This document shows, piece by piece, positions 1 to 9,806 of a stretch of DNA of 64,000 nt. Source of the stretch: a virus (lineage: Duplodnaviria > Caudoviricetes). Below the pieces are notes generated by a model that had not been told where the DNA came from, did no database searches, and was given only the letters and a program-made list of their open reading frames with translations. The stretch's first letter is position 1. Every line of letters begins with the position of its first letter. The translations under genes and the position numbers were made by a program. The stretch covers positions 36,501 through 100,500 of the IMG/VR virus record IMGVR_UViG_2630968627_000001, one strand, 5' to 3'.

Positions 1-968
1 TGCCGGCGACCGCGACCGCGTGCTGGCGGATCATCCTGGTGGTCGTCGTCGTGCTCTTGGCGACGGCCTCGTCCGCGTGCCGGTGGATCGTCCTGGTCTT
101 CGTCGCGTGCCCGGTCACCCCGGCCCTGGCGACTGCCGCGAGCTGGTGGATCATCGCGGGAGGATCCGCGACCGCCGCGACGGCCCAGGCTGCGATCATT
201 GTCAGCGCGACTACCGGCAGGTGCGCTGCCGCCAACCAGACGACGCAGAGCGCCCAGGGACATATCAGGCATCAGCTCTTCGTATGGGAAGGGTTCGTGG
301 CCGATGATCTCGTGCTCTTCGCCTTTGGTATCGGTGAAGGTACGCTCGTATTCCAGCAGGGTGTCTTCGTCGAATACTTCAACGACGTCGATAATCTCGC
401 CAATACGTGCGGTCTGGCTACCGGCGCGTTCGACTTCAACAACCAGCCCGCGCAGGGATCCTTCTTTTTCCAGCAGGCGAGTGAAACGCTTCTGGCTGCG
501 GGGAGGAATGACCAGCAACTTCTTGGACCATGGGATCTCGTCGCCGTCGTCGGTAACGTAGGGGACCAGGTCAAGAATGGTCAAGTACATGTTGAACGTC
601 GAGTAGCGGTCGCCGCCCGATGCGCAGATAGGGCAGTCGGCTACTTCTTTGACGCAGGGTGCGTGCAGATCCCAACGACCAGTGCGGGGGTTTTGCAGCG
701 AGTGCTCGTAGCGGAAGAACGTAGGTTCGTCGTCAATGATGACGTACTCGCCTGTCGTGTTGGGCTTGATGAAGTAGCGGAAGGGTTGACGCGGGGTATT
801 CTGCCGCTGGCGTTCCAGCTCTTCGGCGCGTTCCTGTTCGTCTTGCATCTGTCGGCGACCAGCGGTGCCGGTGAACGATGCGCGTACTACTGGTTCGTCT
901 TGTGCTGCGGAGGCGCGGGAACGGGCTGTGCGGCCGCCCCCAGTTGCGCGGGAAGTGCGTGTAGTCAT
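1..968 (-). CDS. Single-stranded DNA-binding protein (gp32-like), 3' end runs off the window
   Basis: Not in the ORF track; hand translation from ATG 968: MTTRTSRATGGG...FFRYEHSL...APCVKEVADCPICASG...YLTILDL...SKKLLVIP; Zn-type C-x5-CPIC motif, charged low-complexity tail, downstream of primase. Confidence 0.65.
   Translation of the reverse strand, partial: MTTRTSRATGGGRTARSRASAAQDEPVVRASFTGTAGRRQMQDEQERAEELERQRQNTPRQPFRYFIKPNTTGEYVIIDDEPTFFRYEHSLQNPRTGRWDLHAPCVKEVADCPICASGGDRYSTFNMYLTILDLVPYVTDDGDEIPWSKKLLVIPPRSQKRFTRLLEKEGSLRGLVVEVERAGSQTARIGEIIDVVEVFDEDTLLEYERTFTDTKGEEHEIIGHEPFPYEELMPDMSLGALRRLVGGSAPAGSRADNDRSLGRRGGRGSSRDDPPARGSRQGRGDRARDEDQDDPPARGRGRRQEHDDDHQDDPPARGRGRR
16..155 (-). repeat. 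Three copies of a 20-bp unit encoding DDPPARG in the SSB tail
   Basis: ccgcgWgcYggYggatcRtc at 16, 73 and 136. Confidence 0.85.
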
Positions 969-1303
969 GATGGTACTTTCTCCAATAACATCGCCGCGAC
1001 GGCGACTAACTTTTTAACAAAATGGGTCGGTAGTCCCAAAGTGCGAAGGCGGGTTTCTGCCTTCAGGGGATCCCCCAGGTTTACAGCAACTGAAGCTCCT
1101 CTCAACGAATCCAAAATTGAGACCTGCATCCAATTCCTGGGCAGTCCAATTTTATCTCCGCGAACGATAGAGACATGCTTCACAACATGGTGTGTACGGT
1201 TCTTTACCTTTACCGCACGCTGCCATGACAGGGTAACGCCGCCCCGTGTTGCGAGGGGCAGCAGGTACTGCTCGAAGACATCCTGGCGGGATGGGCTGGC
1301 CAC
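965..1303 (-). CDS. Hypothetical protein
   Basis: 112 aa ORF tightly packed between primase and SSB (ATGA overlap). Confidence 0.7.
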   Translation of the reverse strand: MASPSRQDVFEQYLLPLATRGGVTLSWQRAVKVKNRTHHVVKHVSIVRGDKIGLPRNWMQVSILDSLRGASVAVNLGDPLKAETRLRTLGLPTHFVKKLVAVAAMLLEKVPS

Positions 1304-1305
1304 GA

Positions 1306-2370
1306 TTATCTCCGGTTACCTTGTCTGCGTTGGCCACTGTACGACTGTCGGGGTGTATTGTCAATATACAGCCAAGCGTTGTCGATCATCTCCTTGAATT
1401 CCGATGCTTCCATCTCGCCGGGATCCCCCAGCCAATGTCCGCCTTCGGGGTCGTTGTTGTCCTCAATCCATACCTCTGGATACGTTGTGTGCATGATGGG
1501 CAGGTAGGGGTACAGCATTTTGGTCATGGCGATCTGCCCCTTATCGCCCGCCGCGTCATCGTCATAAAACGAATAGATCTTCTTGCCGATCTCCTGGAAT
1601 ATCCGGCTCTGGGCCTCGGTCATACTGGAGTGCATGACTGCGCATCCGGGGTAGCCGCATTCCCACGAGTTGGCGTAATCAACCAGGCCCTCTACGACCA
1701 GGACGAAGTCCCGCGAGTCCGAGATCCCCAGGTGTGCGCCCAGGACGTTGTTGCCCTTCTTCAGGCCGTAGTAGTCCTTGACCTTCAGGATGGCAGACTT
1801 GCGTGTAGCCCGCCCCGAGAAGCCGTACAGCAGGCCGTCTATGCCACGGACAGGGAACAGGATACGAGGCTCTTTGTCCTGGCTGTAGTCGCCTGGGTCG
1901 TAGCGCAGCTCAAGGGCTTGGACGGTTCGATTGGAGATCCCCCGGCTTCGCAGATAGGGGTGGTTCTCCGCCGACGGGTAGATGTCCATGTAGGTGCCTT
2001 CGTCAATGGGCATATCCAGCTCGGCCATGTTGGCGGCCTTGATCGCGTCCCATCCTTCAAGCGTCGTCGGACCCAGGAATTCGTCCTTCTCTACCTCGTT
2101 GATAATGGCGTCCAAGTCTCGGCCCGACAGGTCTGCGTACTCGCGCAGGAAGGCGTGGAAAGGCTTCTTCGTCCCGCATGTAAAACAATTTACTACGGAC
2201 GTGTCGTTCTCGTTTACGGAGATCCCGAACGAGGGCCGGGTATCCGATCCCTTCTCGTGCTTCCATTGAGCGAGTGGGCAGGTCAAGGAGATCCAGTCGC
2301 CTAGATCCTTGAAGGGGTGCCTTCCGCCAAAGACATCCCGCAGTACCTCTTTGATTTGACCCCGTTCCAT
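1306..2370 (-). CDS. DNA primase (Zn finger + TOPRIM)
   Basis: CP..H...PSF...CFTCG Zn ribbon; YLRSRGI; RILFPV; GFSGR; VVEGLVD; YDDDAAG. Confidence 0.92.
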   Translation of the reverse strand: MERGQIKEVLRDVFGGRHPFKDLGDWISLTCPLAQWKHEKGSDTRPSFGISVNENDTSVVNCFTCGTKKPFHAFLREYADLSGRDLDAIINEVEKDEFLGPTTLEGWDAIKAANMAELDMPIDEGTYMDIYPSAENHPYLRSRGISNRTVQALELRYDPGDYSQDKEPRILFPVRGIDGLLYGFSGRATRKSAILKVKDYYGLKKGNNVLGAHLGISDSRDFVLVVEGLVDYANSWECGYPGCAVMHSSMTEAQSRIFQEIGKKIYSFYDDDAAGDKGQIAMTKMLYPYLPIMHTTYPEVWIEDNNDPEGGHWLGDPGEMEASEFKEMIDNAWLYIDNTPRQSYSGQRRQGNRR

Positions 2371-2372
2371 GT

Positions 2373-2939
2373 CTACTTCCGTTTCGTAGGTGCCTGTTCA
2401 ACGACCAGCTCGATAGGGCCTTTGACCCCCTCGGTACGCTCCATGACTTGGCCGCGCTCTTTCTCGGCAAACAGGGAGTCCAGTGCCTTGACCGGGATGG
2501 TGGCGTGCTCCCAGAATTCCTTCTCGCGCTTTTGTTTGACCAGCAGCTTGTATACCTTGTCCGTAAAGACGGTGGTACTGGCGCGGCCTTGCTTCTGCTT
2601 GGTATGGGCGATGTATCCGTGCCCTTCAACCGCCCCAGTCAGGCCGTGCTCTTCGTACGTGGTACGGATACTGGTAATCAGGGCTTCGCGCTCGGTGGCC
2701 AGTTCCTGCATCTGTAGGTCCAGGGCGGCCAGTTCGGCCATGTTGTTCTGGATCTTCTTGATGTGGACCATGTCCTTGCTGGCGGCGCTGGCTCGTCGGG
2801 CTACTGCCTGGCGCTCCGCCCCGGCCTGGCGGGCCATGCTGGCTGTGCGGCTGCTACGCGCTACGGGTGCCGGTGCCTTGTCCTCTGCGGCCGCCGTTGT
2901 GCGTCGTCGCGTAACGATTCGTCGGGTTGTTTGTTGCAT
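2373..2939 (-). CDS. Hypothetical coiled-coil protein
   Basis: Start set to ATG 2939 (GGAG upstream); Arg-rich N-terminus, coiled-coil middle. Confidence 0.75.
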   Translation of the reverse strand: MQQTTRRIVTRRRTTAAAEDKAPAPVARSSRTASMARQAGAERQAVARRASAASKDMVHIKKIQNNMAELAALDLQMQELATEREALITSIRTTYEEHGLTGAVEGHGYIAHTKQKQGRASTTVFTDKVYKLLVKQKREKEFWEHATIPVKALDSLFAEKERGQVMERTEGVKGPIELVVEQAPTKRK

Positions 2940-3002
2940 GGTTTTCTCCAAAGTTTATGGGATGGTAGCATCGCTGCCGCCATCCCGGTCTCAGTCACAG
3001 TG

Positions 3003-5897
3003 TCAGCGACGTCGGCGCGATACTCGCTTGATAAGTGCCTCGGTCTCTTCCTGTGCAATCGATTGCAATTTCGGCTTGCGCATGACGACCTTGCGTGGTG
3101 CCGGTGCCGCCTCTACCGAACGGACTTGTCGTGGGCGAGTGACAACGGCCGTATCTCCCACATTCTCGTCCTCTTCGTACTGCCAGTCCGTGTATGGGCT
3201 GTCGTGTCGCCACCCGTCGTCTTCTGGCTCCTCTTGCGGCGGTACGTCCAGGATAGGCTTGCCGTCCTTGTCCATCATGTCCGGGTGATTCCAGAAGTCG
3301 AAGTCCTCGTCCATCTTGAACGACGGCAGTTCGATCATCTCGCCCATGTTCAGACCAAAGGATGGCTCGGCCAGGATCGGGATGTTCATCTTCGTACCGA
3401 ACCATTCTTCCAGCGGCGTGTTCTCCAGGTAATACTTGATCGTGCGCATACCCCAGGCAACGTGCTGCATGCGGACGTAGGCAACCAGAGCGTCGTGGAT
3501 GAACCCGATCATCTTCAGGTAGTACGGGTTGACTTCCTTTTCCATCCGCCCCAGGGCCGCTACGCCGATAGACGAAGCAAACTCCTGTACCGGGGAGTTG
3601 ATGGCCATACGCTCGGCGCTGGCTTGTGTGCCCTCGTCTGGCGAGTCGATCATAGGCAGGTGGCGAACCAGGCCCGACATGGAGCGAACGTGCTTGTGGG
3701 CGCGGACAAACTTCTTCGTACGTTCGTGCCAGTTGGCCAGACCTGGGTACTTCTTGAAGAAGCCGTCCCGGATACGCTTGGCTTCGCGCTCCGTAAACTC
3801 GACCCCGTAGTCGGTCTTTGCGTAGCCAATAAACTTGCGCCAGCCCATGCCGTACAGGAACCCGAAGTTTACCGCCTTGGCCTTTTGGCGCAGCAGCTTC
3901 TGTTCGGTCTTGTGCAGCTTGTAGAACGCCTCTTCCGTAATACCGGCCACGATCAGAGCGGTAGATACGTGGATGTCCCCGTTCTGTTTGTAGATCTGCG
4001 TGATGACCTTGTCTCGCGCCATCTCGCCCGCCACCCGGATCTCGGCCTGGGACAAGTCAACGGAGATGACATACCAGCCCTTGGGTGCCGTGAACATCCG
4101 CTGGTACGTCATGGCCATCTGCCCACGCTTGGGGAAGTTTTGTCCGTTCGGATCCATGGACGAAGTACGACGGGTGACCGTCTTCGAGATGGAATACTTA
4201 GGCCGGACGTATCCGTCCACCAGGTACTTCATCTGGAAGTTGTTGACCGACTTGTTCAGTAGGTCGTTGAGCTTGATGTACTCGGCCAGCTCGCGGGTGA
4301 ATGGTTCGTCGTCAAAAAAGTAGGGCAGGTGGTCCTTGGAGCTGGTAGAGGGGACCTGTCGCTTGCTATCCAGCCGCTCCGTGGACTTCGTGAAGACCTG
4401 GGGCGTGAGCTGGAACCCGTCCGGGTGCTCGAATAGTACGTCGATCATGAAGCCAGCGCGAGACAGTGAAAGCGGGTCTGACGCTCCCTTGTACTCGGCT
4501 ACGTGCTTGCGCTTGATTGACCCTGGGATCTGCTCCAGCAGGGCTACTCGTCGCTTCTCTACGTCCTCGGTCAGGTATGCCTGGAAGGAGGGCAGAGCGA
4601 CCTTGTCATCAACCTTCATCCCCCGCGTCTCAATCGACGCAAAGGCGTTTAGCCCAGGCAGCGATACCCGGTGGTAGTAGTTGATGTTACCGGCGTCCTC
4701 GGCCACCTTGTTGTACAGGACCTTCTCCAGCTTGTAGGCAGCAATCGTGTCGCCGCCGACGTACGGAACCATGTCCTCCCAGGGTACTTCCCACATGCGG
4801 GACTTGTCGTACTTGGCGTCAAACCAATCCGAGTAACCGGCAATCTCCGGTACGTGGATCTTCGTCATGGACGCCAGGTCTTTTTGCATGGCGTTCTCGT
4901 CATACAGCGAGGCCAGGACGTTGGAGTCGCCGCCAATCTCGAAGCGGATACCCTCGGTCATCCAGAGTGCGACGTTGTCGAACTTCAGGTTGTGGCCGGT
5001 GATCTTGCGCCCAGGCTTGCACATCAGCTTGCGGAGCTGGTTGCGGATCCGTGGCTTCATGGACTCCGGCATCGGGAAGTCTGGCTGATCCCAAGGAATG
5101 ATGTAGCTCTTGTTGCCTGGAGCTACGGTAAAGGACATGCAAAGGATCTGGAATCCTGGACGGAACCAACCCGCCCCCTTGTGTTCCTTGGGGTTGTAGC
5201 TGCGTACGTTCAGGCCCTTGCGGAACCAGTCCAGCCCGGTGGTTTCCGTATCGAACGCGATGTCGTCCGGGTCCATGTCGATCAGCTTCTGAAGGTCCAT
5301 GACGACTTCGTACTTACCCGCCTGTACATCGCCCGCCTTCTTCGTGTCGAACCCAGCATCTACCAGCCGCCCGAAGGCGGCCATGTCCGAGGCCAGGAAC
5401 GGTTCTTGCTCCGGGAAGCGAAGTGCCTGCCCTGGGTGCAGTACCGGCATGACTACGACGTCTACGCCGTCCGCATCGTCCTGTCCCAGGCCCCGTACCT
5501 TGGTGATCTGTACGTTGCGTCCCAGGGCCTGTTTGGTGGCCTCTGCGCCCATCGACAGGACTGCATCTGGTTGGTACTTTTCGATGGCATCCAACATGTG
5601 AACGCGGCAGTGCTTGCGCACGTTGTCCTGTTCCTTGTTGGTCAGCTCGGCCTCGTCGTAAGCGCAGAGGGTGTGGGGGTGGAACGCAAACTGATCCGGC
5701 TGGAACTGTTCGTTCTGTGCATGCCGGATGAACATGTTGCGTGTGCCCTTGGGGATGTCCCGGTCCTCTTTCTGGCCGGTGGCAGTGATACGGTCCACGA
5801 CGACGAAGAACTGGGCGTTCTTGTACGTGTGTGGTTCGTATGGCTTGTACCAGCCTTCAATCGGGCATCCCGCGCATTTACCGCAATCCATGGTCAT
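3003..5897 (-). CDS. polA: Family A DNA polymerase with N-terminal uracil-DNA-glycosylase-like domain and 3'-5' exonuclease
   Basis: Exo motifs FDTETTGL, GHNLKFD, YVGGD; pol motifs DLSQAEIR, KAKAVNFGFLYG, IHDAL; N-terminal CGKCAGCP..LSMGAEA..ITKVRG..VLHPG. Confidence 0.95.
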   Translation of the reverse strand: MTMDCGKCAGCPIEGWYKPYEPHTYKNAQFFVVVDRITATGQKEDRDIPKGTRNMFIRHAQNEQFQPDQFAFHPHTLCAYDEAELTNKEQDNVRKHCRVHMLDAIEKYQPDAVLSMGAEATKQALGRNVQITKVRGLGQDDADGVDVVVMPVLHPGQALRFPEQEPFLASDMAAFGRLVDAGFDTKKAGDVQAGKYEVVMDLQKLIDMDPDDIAFDTETTGLDWFRKGLNVRSYNPKEHKGAGWFRPGFQILCMSFTVAPGNKSYIIPWDQPDFPMPESMKPRIRNQLRKLMCKPGRKITGHNLKFDNVALWMTEGIRFEIGGDSNVLASLYDENAMQKDLASMTKIHVPEIAGYSDWFDAKYDKSRMWEVPWEDMVPYVGGDTIAAYKLEKVLYNKVAEDAGNINYYHRVSLPGLNAFASIETRGMKVDDKVALPSFQAYLTEDVEKRRVALLEQIPGSIKRKHVAEYKGASDPLSLSRAGFMIDVLFEHPDGFQLTPQVFTKSTERLDSKRQVPSTSSKDHLPYFFDDEPFTRELAEYIKLNDLLNKSVNNFQMKYLVDGYVRPKYSISKTVTRRTSSMDPNGQNFPKRGQMAMTYQRMFTAPKGWYVISVDLSQAEIRVAGEMARDKVITQIYKQNGDIHVSTALIVAGITEEAFYKLHKTEQKLLRQKAKAVNFGFLYGMGWRKFIGYAKTDYGVEFTEREAKRIRDGFFKKYPGLANWHERTKKFVRAHKHVRSMSGLVRHLPMIDSPDEGTQASAERMAINSPVQEFASSIGVAALGRMEKEVNPYYLKMIGFIHDALVAYVRMQHVAWGMRTIKYYLENTPLEEWFGTKMNIPILAEPSFGLNMGEMIELPSFKMDEDFDFWNHPDMMDKDGKPILDVPPQEEPEDDGWRHDSPYTDWQYEEDENVGDTAVVTRPRQVRSVEAAPAPRKVVMRKPKLQSIAQEETEALIKRVSRRRR
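3053..3068. repeat. GTGCAATCGATTGCAA palindromic site (exact, in polA)
   Basis: Core TGCAATCGATTGCA at 3054-3067. Confidence 0.9.
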
Positions 5898-6121
5898 GCC
5901 TCCGATTCGCGCTTATCGGCTACCTGGTTGACAGTGTCGCGCAAGGCATTCTCTGCCTTCTCCAGGTTGTCGTAAGCCTTGTCCAACGCAGCGCGAGCTG
6001 CCTTGACATCTTGGATGTCTCGGCGGGCCTTGGCGGACAGCGGGTGGTAGGGGCGGCGGCGCATCCATTCGGCGTCCAAGAAAGGGATCAGGCCGGCCAC
6101 ACTGTTTGTTTTGTCGGTCAT
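5894..6121 (-). CDS. Hypothetical protein
   Basis: 75 aa, ATGA-coupled to helicase and polymerase. Confidence 0.75.
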   Translation of the reverse strand: MTDKTNSVAGLIPFLDAEWMRRRPYHPLSAKARRDIQDVKAARAALDKAYDNLEKAENALRDTVNQVADKRESEA

Positions 6122-7452
6122 ATTCCAAGTCCTTCTTCCATGAAGTCAGAGCGAGGCAACTCTTCGTCGTCATCGGGGTGGCCTTCTTCGCCCTCCCCGC
6201 CCTCTCGCTGGGGTGCCCGTGCTCCGTAGATGTCGTCCTCTTGATAGATGGTCAAGTTCATCGTCGGGTGGAAAATCCAGTTGATGGCAAAGTCGAAGTC
6301 TTCGCCGTCCCGGCCCTTCATGCTCGTGATCTGGCGTGAGCGTTCCGGGTCATCCGACGGGCCTTGCGTGAGCTTGTAGACGATGGAACTGTTGTTGACG
6401 ATTGCATCCGACATAGCAACGTGCTCCAGGCCGCCGTCCTTGCCCTTGTTGGTCGCGCCCCGGTTGAACTGATACGAGGCTATCGTGGCTGTCTTGTGGA
6501 CCAGGGAGATGGCCTTGATCTCGTCCGAGGACGTGGCTACCGCTTCGACTCGGCTGTGGGCCCGCCCGACCGGCTTGATAAGGTACGCCCCGTCAATGCA
6601 GAGCAGGTCTGGCTGGACTTCCGCTACCAGCGATTCAATCTTGCCGGTGTTGGTGCCAAAGCCCGCCTCGTGCGTCAACAGCTTGTCCTGGATACCCGCG
6701 TCCTGCATGCGCTCCAGAAGCTCGCGTTCAACCTTTGTGGACAGCTTGCCGGACTTCAGTACGCTGGGGCTATACCCCCATGCCTGCGCCGCGTACCGCA
6801 AGATGATCTGAAGGGCGCTCATTTCAGTGGTAACGAACAGGACGCGCTTGCCTGCCTCTACCGCCGCCCGCGCATGCAGAACCATCATGATCGTCTTACC
6901 CAAGCCGGTACGTGCGATGACGCTGATAACGTCAGCCGGTTGCAGGCCCATCGTGACCTCGTCCATAGGCAGCAGGCCCGTCGGGATCCCGATCAGGTCT
7001 GTGCCCGCTTCTCGCAGCTTCTGGTTGCGTTCGGCCAGTACGGTAGCCATGTCGGACATGGTCAGAAGCGACGTGCCTGTCTCGACAGAGCGGGTGGCCT
7101 CAGCAATGGCCAGGGCCGCCTCGCGGACTTGAGCAATGGACTCGGACGTGGTGCCCTCCAGGGCGCTGCGCAAGTCCTTGTAGTGCTCCTTGGCGATCCG
7201 GTTGGCGCGACGATTCAGTACAGCCCGGATGTAGTAATCGACGTCTTCTCGCGCCGCCATCATGCGAACGCCGGTGTTCTCCTGGATCGTGGATACGTGG
7301 GGTAGTACCCGGTACTCCTTCATGTGTGCGGCGACATACTGCATCGCCCGTGTTTCGGGGCCTTCAATCCAGCCGTCTTGCGGGATCTTGAGAAGCGCCC
7401 CAGGGTTGCACTCCGCTATGCAAGCAGAGATAAGTTTCAGACCGTCGCTCAT
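6118..7452 (-). CDS. dnaB: DnaB-like replicative helicase
   Basis: GIPTG, Walker A ARTGLGKT, FVTTEMS, CIDGAYL, QFNR, KGRDG. Confidence 0.93.
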   Translation of the reverse strand: MSDGLKLISACIAECNPGALLKIPQDGWIEGPETRAMQYVAAHMKEYRVLPHVSTIQENTGVRMMAAREDVDYYIRAVLNRRANRIAKEHYKDLRSALEGTTSESIAQVREAALAIAEATRSVETGTSLLTMSDMATVLAERNQKLREAGTDLIGIPTGLLPMDEVTMGLQPADVISVIARTGLGKTIMMVLHARAAVEAGKRVLFVTTEMSALQIILRYAAQAWGYSPSVLKSGKLSTKVERELLERMQDAGIQDKLLTHEAGFGTNTGKIESLVAEVQPDLLCIDGAYLIKPVGRAHSRVEAVATSSDEIKAISLVHKTATIASYQFNRGATNKGKDGGLEHVAMSDAIVNNSSIVYKLTQGPSDDPERSRQITSMKGRDGEDFDFAINWIFHPTMNLTIYQEDDIYGARAPQREGGEGEEGHPDDDEELPRSDFMEEGLGI

Positions 7453-8078
7453 ACGGTACGTCTCCGGGGTTTCGAGGTTATGGTGGCGGTCTCATGGACC
7501 GTAAGGCTACGGGAGAACTGGTTGGCCATCTCCGTAGTCAACGGCTCAAGGTTGTCCAGGGTATCCAGTCCGTGGGAACCCAGGATCAGGCCGCCCCCGT
7601 ACAGCAAATGAGTGCGCAAGTGCTGGTTCAGATCCAGCAGCAAGCTCTCGTCGCTGGTCGGGTATTTGTTCGCGGTGCCGATGTCCGGGATGACCAGGAT
7701 CTTGCCCGCCCCGTTATGGCGAGTGATCCGGTATGCCTCGGACTCCGGGTTCATGTATTCGCCGGACTGGAACAGGCGCAGCGCGTTGAACAATTCCCGG
7801 AGCTGGACGAACAAAGTCTGACTAGGGACGTACAAGGTGACGGCTTTAGCAGAGGCCGCGCAAGCGTTGAAAACCCCCAGGGGTGTCCTGCCCTGTACCC
7901 AGACAGTTCTAACGCCGTGTACCCCTGTTTCCGGCCCTAGCAGGGGCAATAGATCCTTGATTCCTGGTACGCCATGCGTGGTTATCGAGTTTTCCTCTTC
8001 CCAGACGTGCAAAGGAACCCGCGCTTTGCGCAGCATGCCCCGTTGCCTGTCCTTCGTAGCTGGGTTCGGTGTGGTCAT
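7449..8078 (-). CDS. DnaC-like helicase loader, degenerate
   Basis: Between initiator and DnaB; ILVIPDIG resembles Walker B; no canonical Walker A. Confidence 0.5.
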   Translation of the reverse strand: MTTPNPATKDRQRGMLRKARVPLHVWEEENSITTHGVPGIKDLLPLLGPETGVHGVRTVWVQGRTPLGVFNACAASAKAVTLYVPSQTLFVQLRELFNALRLFQSGEYMNPESEAYRITRHNGAGKILVIPDIGTANKYPTSDESLLLDLNQHLRTHLLYGGGLILGSHGLDTLDNLEPLTTEMANQFSRSLTVHETATITSKPRRRTV

Positions 8079-9508
8079 TATTTTCCTCCGAGTGACGTGC
8101 GAGTGTAGCGCCGCGCCGCCGCGCTGCCCAGACGTGGCTCGTCGTCACTGTCGTCCGTGCGCTCTGGCTCGCGTCGGCGGATCTGCTCGACCTGGCGACG
8201 GGCGACTCGTTCCTCGGCGCGGGTACGCGCAGCCCGGTTGCTGGCATTGGCTCGGGTGAGGGATTGGATCTGGCGTTCCAGCTCCTTGACCTGGCGCTCG
8301 GCCGCAGCCCGACCAACGTCCTGGTACTGGCCCGCAAGGTGCTCGGAGTAGACGCGCATGAACCATGGAAACTTCAGACCCAGCGTAACCGCGTCCGGGG
8401 CGGAGGGTAGAGGATGTGCCTTGACGGTCTGGCCCTTGGCCTGCGCGTTGCGGATCCCGTAGTTGTACCGGGCCGCCAAAGAATCCCACTGGCCGACGAT
8501 AAAGCGGAACATGTCCTTGATGTCTTTGACCTGGTGCTCGATAGCACGCTTGCGGATCATCCCGAACGATTCGTTCGTCAGCAGTAGGCGAGGCGAACCT
8601 GGGTAGTGCTCGGCAACGATAGCGTCAACGACGCGCTGTAGGTCTACCTTCTTCATCGTTCGCATTGACTCGGCATCAGTAGCCTTGGAGTAGGCTTGCG
8701 CCCGCTTGTTGGCATTACGTGCTTTTATGCGATCGATTGCAGACTGTGCTCCGTCGTCCGGCTGACGCGAAGCGGCTGTCGGATTAATAGTTTTTATATT
8801 ATTAACTGTATTAACGTAGTTAATACTATTAGGGGTATCTCCCAGACAGCCGGGGGGGTGTCCCTCAGACAGGGGGGTTTTGGTCTTTTTCCGGGGTGTT
8901 TTCAGCATGTCAGCTCCTGTTTTCTCTGCCGATTTTCGGTAATTGTGGATGGCGGAAACATCTTTATTCGAGCGAATAGAGATGTTTTGTGCGTCGTCTC
9001 GTGACATGGCCATGTACTCCTGGATAGATACCTCTACCGTTTGTACGCATGTAGCGATGCGCCCCGCTCGCGCTTTTACCTGGTCTTCGTTGTCAATCTG
9101 AAAGCGATCCAATGCCAGGGAATACTCCGGTGCTTCATCGCCCCCGTTGGCGCGGCGGACTTCATTACGCACGACCCAGCCTTTGTCTACCAGACCCGAG
9201 AGGGTGCGGCGGATGGTAGAGACGGACAGGGGCAGGCCCGCGCAGACGCGGACACCATCAGAAGTGGTGACGCCTTCAGTGAAGTGGGACAGGGGGATTC
9301 GTTCGGCCAATTTACCCCAGGCCAGTGTGCGGACCCGAATGAAATTGATTGCAACGATCTCATAGACATTGAAAATGTCTTGCTGCTGCGCCATGAACTC
9401 GTCTACAATAAGACCACAAGCAGCGTTGACCCAGCTCGCTTGGATTCCTGTGCTGTAATGCTCCTGTAGCCCCCGCCCGCCAGCGGGGGTTATTTTTTGG
9501 ATCTGCAT
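8078..9508 (-). CDS. Replication initiator (lambda O-like N-terminal wHTH)
   Basis: RTLAWGK..IPLSHF..GLPLSVSTIRRTLSGLVDKGWV; AT-rich linker mid-gene; upstream of loader and helicase. Confidence 0.7.
   Translation of the reverse strand: MQIQKITPAGGRGLQEHYSTGIQASWVNAACGLIVDEFMAQQQDIFNVYEIVAINFIRVRTLAWGKLAERIPLSHFTEGVTTSDGVRVCAGLPLSVSTIRRTLSGLVDKGWVVRNEVRRANGGDEAPEYSLALDRFQIDNEDQVKARAGRIATCVQTVEVSIQEYMAMSRDDAQNISIRSNKDVSAIHNYRKSAEKTGADMLKTPRKKTKTPLSEGHPPGCLGDTPNSINYVNTVNNIKTINPTAASRQPDDGAQSAIDRIKARNANKRAQAYSKATDAESMRTMKKVDLQRVVDAIVAEHYPGSPRLLLTNESFGMIRKRAIEHQVKDIKDMFRFIVGQWDSLAARYNYGIRNAQAKGQTVKAHPLPSAPDAVTLGLKFPWFMRVYSEHLAGQYQDVGRAAAERQVKELERQIQSLTRANASNRAARTRAEERVARRQVEQIRRREPERTDDSDDEPRLGSAAARRYTRTSLGGK
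8783..8880. other. Putative replication origin within the initiator gene
   Basis: Very AT-rich 8783-8831 with repeated TTAA, next to two CAGACAG+G-run units (8843, 8866). Confidence 0.5.
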
Positions 9509-9515
9509 AAATACC

Positions 9516-9779
9516 TCAATGGATCGATGTGATGATGTACTGTCCTTCGGCCCCGCGATTGAGCGTCAAGTACCCCAGCTTCTCCAACGCCTGTACCCCC
9601 AGAATGATCGTACTGTGAGTGACGTGGAACTCCTTGGCCATATCGCGTGGCTTCAGGACATGCTCGGTCCCCGGCTTGATTCGCTCCAGCAAAGCCGAAT
9701 AGGTGCGAAGGTGGGAAGAGGTCAAGTGCTCGTCGCGCAAGGCGGCGGAATACTTGGACCACTTGGAACTAGCAGACAT
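9516..9779 (-). CDS. Winged helix-turn-helix DNA-binding protein
   Basis: KPRDMAKEFHVTHSTIILGVQALEKLGYL; AAGGAG RBS. Confidence 0.8.
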   Translation of the reverse strand: MSASSKWSKYSAALRDEHLTSSHLRTYSALLERIKPGTEHVLKPRDMAKEFHVTHSTIILGVQALEKLGYLTLNRGAEGQYIITSIH

Positions 9780-9806
9780 ACGTGCTCCTTTTAGTGATGG
9801 TCCCTT

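Noticed and set aside
3003-5897. Z-genome or 7-deazaguanine modification system; intein or intron in polA
   Set aside because: No purZ, que or dpdA genes recognised in the window; polymerase motifs are contiguous
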